A stretch of DNA of 41,372 bases, taken from Actinomycetales bacterium. Lineage in GTDB: Bacteria > Actinomycetota > Actinomycetes > Actinomycetales > BWSM-131. Shown piece by piece: positions 9,523-17,238 of the stretch. The notes beneath the pieces are model-generated. The model saw only the letters and a program-made list of their open reading frames with translations. It did not search any database and was not told the origin of the DNA. Each line of letters begins with the position of its first letter. Positions within the stretch are counted from its first letter, which is position 1. The stretch lies in assembly GCA_030149025.1 (NCBI GenBank), contig JASBSH010000005.1:1-41372 (forward strand), given 5' to 3'. The position numbers were made by a program, and so were the translations under genes.

Positions 9523-9741
9523 TCAGGTCCGCGGGATCACCGTGAGCACGCGCTCGGGCGCCGTCGCCTCAGCCGGGTAGCCGCTGTCGAAGTCCGGGCT
9601 GTAGAGCGGGAGCTTCCCGATCGGGATCTCCGTGAACTGCAGGTCCGTCGGCGCCACCCGGAGGAGCGCCTTGCTCAGCGTCCGGTTGATCGAGGTGGAC
9701 GACAGGCTGCCGACGAAGTAGCCCACCTTGTACGTGCTCAT
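9523..9741 (-). pseudogene. 5' fragment of an NAD(P)H-dependent FMN reductase gene (about 60 of an expected ~180-190 residues), truncated next to the tRNA
   Basis: MSTYKVGYFVGSLSSTSINRTLSKALLRVAPTDLQFTEIPIGKLPLYSPDFDSGYPAEATA is the typical N-terminus of the flavodoxin-like FMN_red family. After about residue 61 the sequence (PERVLTVIPRT*) no longer resembles the family. The frame stops 10 nt from the tRNA 3' end. Confidence 0.7.
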
Positions 9742-9831
9742 CTGCTGTTCCCTTCGGGGCGGGAGGCATGGCCGGAACGCGGTCGGGAGTACCCACAAAC
9801 GTCCCGGCAATGTCCCGAGGACCACGGCCCG

Positions 9832-10473
9832 TCACGCCGCACGTGCCTCCAGGCTCAACAGCATCCGCTTCGCCTCCGGCCCACCCGCGTACTCACCGAC
9901 GGTTCCGTCCGAGCGCACCACCCGGTGACACGGCACGACCAGCGGCAGCGGGTTCCTCGCGCAGGCCGTGCCCACCGCACGCACCGCCTTCGGGTTGCCC
10001 GACGCCTGCGCCACGAGGCCGTAGGACTGCGTGACCCCGTACGGGATCTGCACCAGGTGCGCCAGCACCTGACGGCGGAAACCCGACGACAGCCGCCAGT
10101 CCAGCGGCAGGTCGAACCGGCGCCGGCCGCCGGTGAAGTAGTCGTCCAGCTCCTTCGCCACCCGATCCAACCGCTGCGGTGAGCGCAGCACCCTGGGGCT
10201 GATCCGCTGGGCAAGGTCCTCCAGCACCGCGTCGTGGTCCTGCCGCTCGAAGGCCAACCGGACGACGCCGGCATCCGTCGCCGCCACCAGCAGGGTACCG
10301 ACCGGGCTGTCGAGCGTCCGGTACGCGACGTCGAGGACGCCGTCCCGCTCGGCCACGTCAGCGAGGCGACGTCGCAGCGCGGCCAGCGTGTCGTCGTCCG
10401 GCTCCGTCCGTGCCCGAAGCAGCGACTGCTCCCGCTCCGTCAGCGTGGGCTCCGGCCCAACCCAGTCGTTCAT
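9832..10473 (-). CDS. ogt: methylated-DNA--protein-cysteine methyltransferase
   Basis: Active site PCHRVV plus IPYGVTQSYGLVA and NPLPLVVPCHRVVRSDG motifs. N-terminal ribonuclease-like domain. Confidence 0.93.
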   Translation of the reverse strand: MNDWVGPEPTLTEREQSLLRARTEPDDDTLAALRRRLADVAERDGVLDVAYRTLDSPVGTLLVAATDAGVVRLAFERQDHDAVLEDLAQRISPRVLRSPQRLDRVAKELDDYFTGGRRRFDLPLDWRLSSGFRRQVLAHLVQIPYGVTQSYGLVAQASGNPKAVRAVGTACARNPLPLVVPCHRVVRSDGTVGEYAGGPEAKRMLLSLEARAA

Positions 10474-10482
10474 CCCGTCAAC

Positions 10483-10594
10483 TCCCTACGTTCCCTACCG
10501 CTCATTCCCTACCGATCGGATCACCCTGTAGACGTCGGACGGTGTCCGGACGTGAGGTAGGGGTTCACCCGAACGGGCAGAAGTTCGGTGAACC
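10483..10594. promoter_or_regulatory. repeat-rich divergent control region between ogt and the GGDEF gene
   Basis: TCCCTAC at 10483-10489. TTCCCTACCG at 10491-10500 and again at 10505-10514. Inverted GGTAGGG at 10556-10562. Imperfect inverted repeat GGTTCACCCGAAC / GTTCGGTGAACC at 10562-10574 / 10583-10594. Confidence 0.35.
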
Positions 10595-10671
10595 GCTGAC
10601 GGCGAGGCGGGCAGCGCGGCTACGGTGGGCCATCCGGGTGCGGGATCCGGGTCTTCCAACCGAGGACTGGC

Positions 10672-11373
10672 ATGGTCGCGCGGCGAGCCGAACCAGCCGC
10701 AGTGCCCATCGCACTGGCGGTCGTGATCGGCGCCGTTGTGCCCCTTGCCACCTGGGTCTTCGAAAGCCGGTGGCCCGTGGTGCTGCTGCCGCCGGTAGCC
10801 GTTTGCGGAGCCTGGCTGTGGTGGCGGGAGCGGCGCGCCGCGTCCGACGACCTCGACAGCGCCCGCGAGCTCGCGGAGGCGGTGCGCCTGCACGACGAGC
10901 TGACCGGTTGCCTCAACGACGCCGGACTGAGGTTCTTCGCGCCCCATCTGCTGCACGGCGCCAGGCGGCGGGGAGACGCCCTGCACGCGTTCGTCGTCGA
11001 CATCGACCGGCTGCGCCGGGTGAACGACAGGCTGGGGTGGGAGACCGGGGACGAGGTGCTGCTCGCCGTCGCCGAGGCGCTGCGGGCGAGCACCCGGGGA
11101 ACCGACCTGCTCGCCCGCGGCCACGCCGACGAGTTCGTCGTCATCGGGCCGGGCTGCGGCGTCCACCCCGGGGAGCTGGAGCGGCGGGTGCGTGCCTACC
11201 TGATCGAGGAGCCACCCGTATCGACCGAGATCTGGCCCTGCCGGGTGACGGTCGGTTTCGGCCTGTTGGAACCTTGGGACTCGGGTGACACCGACGACGT
11301 CGTCATCCGCGCCTACCAGGACCTGCAGCTGCGAGCCGCTGTGCGGGCCCCGTCCGCTCCCGAAGCGCGATGA
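10672..11373 (+). CDS. membrane protein with a degenerate GGDEF domain (HADEF in place of GG(D/E)EF)
   Basis: Two N-terminal hydrophobic segments. GGDEF-domain landmarks DELTGCLNDAGL, VVDIDRLRRVNDRLGWETGDEVL, and ARGHADEFVVIG where the signature should be (HADEF = nt 11122-11136). Confidence 0.85.
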   Translation: MVARRAEPAAVPIALAVVIGAVVPLATWVFESRWPVVLLPPVAVCGAWLWWRERRAASDDLDSARELAEAVRLHDELTGCLNDAGLRFFAPHLLHGARRRGDALHAFVVDIDRLRRVNDRLGWETGDEVLLAVAEALRASTRGTDLLARGHADEFVVIGPGCGVHPGELERRVRAYLIEEPPVSTEIWPCRVTVGFGLLEPWDSGDTDDVVIRAYQDLQLRAAVRAPSAPEAR

Positions 11374-11397
11374 CCGCGTGGCCGTAGGGTCCTCTGC

Positions 11398-12255
11398 GTG
11401 TCGTCGTCACAGGGCCCCCGCGCGACGAGGAGCGTGAAGGCCGGACGCGCAGTCGTGGCCATGCTCCGGGCGGCCCACTTCGTTCCGGCCGTCGCCGTCA
11501 CCGCGTTCGGGACGGCGCTCGGAGCGGTGGCGGGCCTGTCAGCCGGCCGCGTGGTCCTGCTCGCCGCCGCGCTGTTGGCCGGGCAGCTTTCGATCGGGTG
11601 GCTCAACGACCTGTTGGACGCCGGCCGCGACAGCACGGCGGACCGGCTCGAGAAGCCGCTGGCGGCGGGCCTGCTGGCCCCAGCGGTCGTGCGGAGGGGT
11701 GTGGTCGTGGCGGCCGCCGGCTGCGTGGTGCTGTCCCTGACGCTCGGGTTGTGGCCGGGGCTCCTGCACCTGCTCGCTGTGGCCTGGGCCTGGGCGTACA
11801 ACCTGTGGCTCAAGTTCACGGCCGTGAGCTGGTTGCCCTACCTCGTGTCGTTCGCCCTGCTGCCGGCAGTCGCGGCGACGGCCGCGGGCCGGGCCCCGGA
11901 CCCCGCGATCGTCGTCGCCGCCGGCGTGCTCGGCGTCGCCGCTCACTTCGCCAACACCGTGGCGGACGCTCGCGCCGATCGGCTCACCGGCGTGCGGGGG
12001 CTGCCCCAGCGGCTGGGCCCGGCACGCTCGCGAGTGGTGGCGGCGAGCGGTGTCGTTCTCGCCTGCGCAGTGCTCCTGCTGGCGCCCGAGCTCGGCCTCG
12101 GACCGGCCCCGTCGCTGCCCGCCACCGGTCTGCTGGCCGGCGCGTCGGTCGTGGGCGCATCGAGCGCTCTTGTGCCCCTCAACCACGTGTTCGACGCCGT
12201 GATGGGCGCGGCCGCGCTGGCGCTCGCAGCCGTGGTCGCCACGGCATTCGGGTGA
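11398..12255 (+). CDS. UbiA-family polyprenyltransferase (substrate unknown)
   Basis: Polytopic membrane protein. First Asp-rich motif NDLLDAGRD, second motif DARADRLTGVRGLPQRLG. Start (GTG 11398) is uncertain. Confidence 0.85.
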   Translation: MSSSQGPRATRSVKAGRAVVAMLRAAHFVPAVAVTAFGTALGAVAGLSAGRVVLLAAALLAGQLSIGWLNDLLDAGRDSTADRLEKPLAAGLLAPAVVRRGVVVAAAGCVVLSLTLGLWPGLLHLLAVAWAWAYNLWLKFTAVSWLPYLVSFALLPAVAATAAGRAPDPAIVVAAGVLGVAAHFANTVADARADRLTGVRGLPQRLGPARSRVVAASGVVLACAVLLLAPELGLGPAPSLPATGLLAGASVVGASSALVPLNHVFDAVMGAAALALAAVVATAFG

Positions 12256-12297
12256 CACCGCGGCCGTGGTCGCCACGGCGTTGGGGTGACACCGCGG
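12230..12297 (+). repeat. tandem 34-bp direct duplication (2 mismatches) spanning the UbiA stop codon
   Basis: CCGTGGTCGCCACGGCATTCGGGTGACACCGCGG (12230-12263) is followed immediately by CCGTGGTCGCCACGGCGTTGGGGTGACACCGCGG (12264-12297). Confidence 0.95.
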
Positions 12298-12323
12298 CCA
12301 GGGGAGCGCTGACCCCGCTGCGG

Positions 12324-12329
12324 TATCAT
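12324..12329 (+). promoter_or_regulatory. -10-like hexamer TATCAT positioned for a transcript starting at GTG 12336
   Basis: TATCAT ends 6 nt before G12336. No convincing -35 box. Motif only. Confidence 0.3.
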
Positions 12330-12335
12330 GGCGTC

Positions 12336-12371
12336 GTGCGGACCGACCTGCTTCTTCGCCTGCCGCGCTGA
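12336..12371 (+). CDS. hypothetical 11-codon Leu-rich leader mini-ORF (V/M-RTDLLLRLPR) upstream of leuS
   Basis: GTG CGG ACC GAC CTG CTT CTT CGC CTG CCG CGC TGA. Four Leu in 11 codons, including two consecutive CTT codons, which look rare in this sequence. No SD, so it would need leaderless initiation. Purely predictive. Confidence 0.25.
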   Translation: MRTDLLLRLPR

Positions 12372-12401
12372 ACGCCGCCCATGGCGGCATCGGCGCGGCG
12401 A

Positions 12402-12425
12402 CCCCTCCTGTGTGAGGGGCTTTTT
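12402..12425 (+). terminator. intrinsic-terminator-like hairpin with T-tract, 48 nt upstream of the leuS ATG
   Basis: CCCCTC (12402-12407) pairs with GAGGGG (12414-12419), followed by CTTTTT. A GC-rich hairpin precedes it (12362-12368/12393-12399 with inner 12374-12379/12383-12388). T-runs are rare in this window. Confidence 0.5.
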
Positions 12426-12472
12426 CATGTTCGCAGCGGGGGTAGGCACACAAGCAGACGACGAGGGACGAG

Positions 12473-15061
<2,589 letters not shown>

Positions 15062-15126
15062 TCACGGTGGCAGCGCTTCGCTGGTCGCGCCGCAAGACCG
15101 AGCGTGCCGGTTCTGTCGACGGGCAG

Positions 15127-16011
15127 ATGGCGGGTGAGCCGGAGAACCAGCCGGCCGACGTCCGGGTCCTGACCGACTCGACGGCGTATCTCGACCCGGA
15201 CGTCGCCGTCGAGAACCGAATCGAGGTCGTGCCGCTCGAGGTGACCGTCGGGGGAGTGCCGCACCTCGAGGGCCGCGACATCTCCAGTGCGGACCTCGCC
15301 GAGGCGCTGCGCCGGTGGACGCCGGTCAGCACGTCACGTCCCTCGCCCGCACGTCTGCTCGCCGCTTACGAGAAGCTCATCGCGGACGGCGCCACGGAGA
15401 TCGTCTCGGTGCACCTGTCGGGAGACATGTCCGGTACGTGCGACGCGGCGCGGCTCGCCGCCAGGGAGGCGACGGTTCCCGTGCACGTGGTCGACTCCCG
15501 GCTGCTGGGGATGGGTCTCGGCTACGCCGCGCTCGCGGCAGCGCACGCCGCGGCGGACGGTGCGGACGGCGCCACGGCGGCCGCCGCTGCTGCCTCACGT
15601 GCCGCGGCCACTCGGGCGTTCTTCTACGTGGACACGCTCGAGCACCTGCGCCGTGGCGGTCGGATCGGCGCGGCCCAGGCGCTGATCGGGTCCGCGCTGG
15701 CGGTGAAGCCCCTGCTCGGCCTGCAGGACGGTCGGATCGTCCCGTTGGAGAAGGTGCGTACCTCAGCACGCGCCCTGGCCCGGCTGGAGGAGCTGGCCGT
15801 GCAGGCCCTCCCGGGCGCCGCGAGCGGCGACGCGATGGTCGACGTCACGGTGCACCACCTGGCCTCGCCGGAGCGGGCCGAGCAGCTGTGCGGTCGGTTG
15901 AAGGACCGGCTGGCGGCGGTGGGTGACCTGCGGGTCGCCGAGATCGGCGCGGTCGTCGGCGCCCATGTCGGCCCGGGGATGCTCGGCGTGGTGGTCTCGC
16001 CCGCGCCCTGA
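15127..16011 (+). CDS. DegV-family fatty-acid-binding protein
   Basis: VLTDSTAYL N-terminus, TSRPSP, SVHLSGDMSGT, FYVDTLEHLRRGGRIG motifs. An alternative in-frame GTG at 15067 is possible. Confidence 0.88.
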   Translation: MAGEPENQPADVRVLTDSTAYLDPDVAVENRIEVVPLEVTVGGVPHLEGRDISSADLAEALRRWTPVSTSRPSPARLLAAYEKLIADGATEIVSVHLSGDMSGTCDAARLAAREATVPVHVVDSRLLGMGLGYAALAAAHAAADGADGATAAAAAASRAAATRAFFYVDTLEHLRRGGRIGAAQALIGSALAVKPLLGLQDGRIVPLEKVRTSARALARLEELAVQALPGAASGDAMVDVTVHHLASPERAEQLCGRLKDRLAAVGDLRVAEIGAVVGAHVGPGMLGVVVSPAP

Positions 16012-16113
16012 CAGGTGCCGTCGCGTGTCTTCGCGTGCGTGACTCTCGGTCCACAGGGGAGGTTCGCGCGTCGCTTGTCCACAGATGCCGGCTGCTCGCT
16101 GGTGTGAGGCCGC

Positions 16114-17238
16114 ATGGCGGCCGAGGCTGCCGGCATGCCTGCTCAGCGCACGACCCGGCGAGGACTTCGTCACCAGCCGCAGGCCGCTGACGCCGCGGCG
16201 CGCCTGGCGACGATAGCCCGAGCCTCGGGCTCGCCCGGCGCGTCCGGCTCGTGCGGTTGGGTGCCAGCGGAACCGGCGCGGCCGGACCGCGACAGCGGCG
16301 ACGCCGACCACGCTCAGGATCTGCTGCTCGACCTGCGGGACAACGCAGTACAGAACGGTGACCGGGACGACGACACGCAGCAACGTCGTCGGCTGCGGCA
16401 CGGTGCCCCACCGGGACGGGACGACCTGGACGGCTGGCGACAGCGGGTGCTCGACCGGCTCCCGGTGACGATCCGCGAGTCTCGCTGGGCGGTGCCCCTC
16501 ACCGCCGTCGCCGCCCTGCTCGCCGTCGTCGGCCTGGTCGGCACGGTCGTCGCGGTGCGAACCGCGGCCGCGACCCCCGGCATCCCGGTGCCGGCGCGGG
16601 CGCTGGTCAGCGCAGGGCCGAGCGCTCCTTCGACCACTTCGCCTGCAGGTGCTGCCGGTGCAGCGCCGTCGCCTACGCCGTCGTCCGCGCCGTCGCTCCG
16701 TGCAGGGGTGGACCAGGCCGGCGCCGGGGTGGCCGGTGACGGGCAGGCGCGGGGCGAGCTGGTGGTCCACGTCGTCGGCCAGGTGCGGAAGCCGGGGGTG
16801 GTGCGGCTGCCTGCCGGGTCTCGGGTGAACGACGCGGTCGCTGCTGCCGGCGGGGCACTGGACGCCGCCGACCTCACCCGGGTCAATCTCGCGCGCGTGC
16901 TCGTGGACGGGGAGCAGCTGTTCGTGCCGAGACCGGGGGAGGAGCTCCCGGCAGAGGTGGCCGCGGCCCCTGCCGGCGGTGGTCGGGCTGGGCAGGTCGG
17001 CGAAGGCGCAGACGTGACCGGCGCTGGCGCGGCTGCCGGGCAAGGAGCACCGCTCAACCTCAACACGGCGACCTCTGCTCAGCTGCAGGAGCTGCCAGGT
17101 GTCGGACCCGTGCTGGCCGGCCGGATCCTGCAGTGGCGTGAGGAGAACGGCCGCTTCTCCTCGGTCGATGAGCTGGGGGAGGTGTCCGGGATCGGGCCGA
17201 AGGTTCTCGAACGCCTCCGGCCCTTGGTGACGCTGTGA
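16114..17238 (+). CDS. comEA: competence protein ComEA (SLBB domain plus tandem helix-hairpin-helix)
   Basis: One TM segment. VHVVGQVRKPGVVRLPAGSRVNDAV (SLBB). C-terminal LNLNTATSAQLQELPGVGPVLAGRILQWREENGRFSSVDEL. N-terminal start uncertain. Confidence 0.85.
   Translation: MAAEAAGMPAQRTTRRGLRHQPQAADAAARLATIARASGSPGASGSCGWVPAEPARPDRDSGDADHAQDLLLDLRDNAVQNGDRDDDTQQRRRLRHGAPPGRDDLDGWRQRVLDRLPVTIRESRWAVPLTAVAALLAVVGLVGTVVAVRTAAATPGIPVPARALVSAGPSAPSTTSPAGAAGAAPSPTPSSAPSLRAGVDQAGAGVAGDGQARGELVVHVVGQVRKPGVVRLPAGSRVNDAVAAAGGALDAADLTRVNLARVLVDGEQLFVPRPGEELPAEVAAAPAGGGRAGQVGEGADVTGAGAAAGQGAPLNLNTATSAQLQELPGVGPVLAGRILQWREENGRFSSVDELGEVSGIGPKVLERLRPLVTL

Noticed and set aside
10562-10594. LexA SOS-box-like GAAC...GTTC inverted repeat upstream of ogt
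   Set aside because: The actinobacterial SOS box is TCGAAC-N4-GTTCGA. Here the GAAC and GTTC halves are separated by 8 nt and the flanks do not match.
12298-12472. T-box riboswitch upstream of leuS
   Set aside because: The leader is too short (about 175 nt from the upstream gene). I find no T-box consensus (AAnnGGGTGGTACCGCG-like) and no specifier-loop architecture. Only the small terminator-like hairpin is present.
9514-12472. Intact genomic island integrated at tRNA-Ala
   Set aside because: There is no integrase or recombinase, no direct repeat of the tRNA 3' end detected, and the codon usage of ogt, GGDEF and UbiA looks like the backbone. Only the truncated gene next to the tRNA is retained as a finding.
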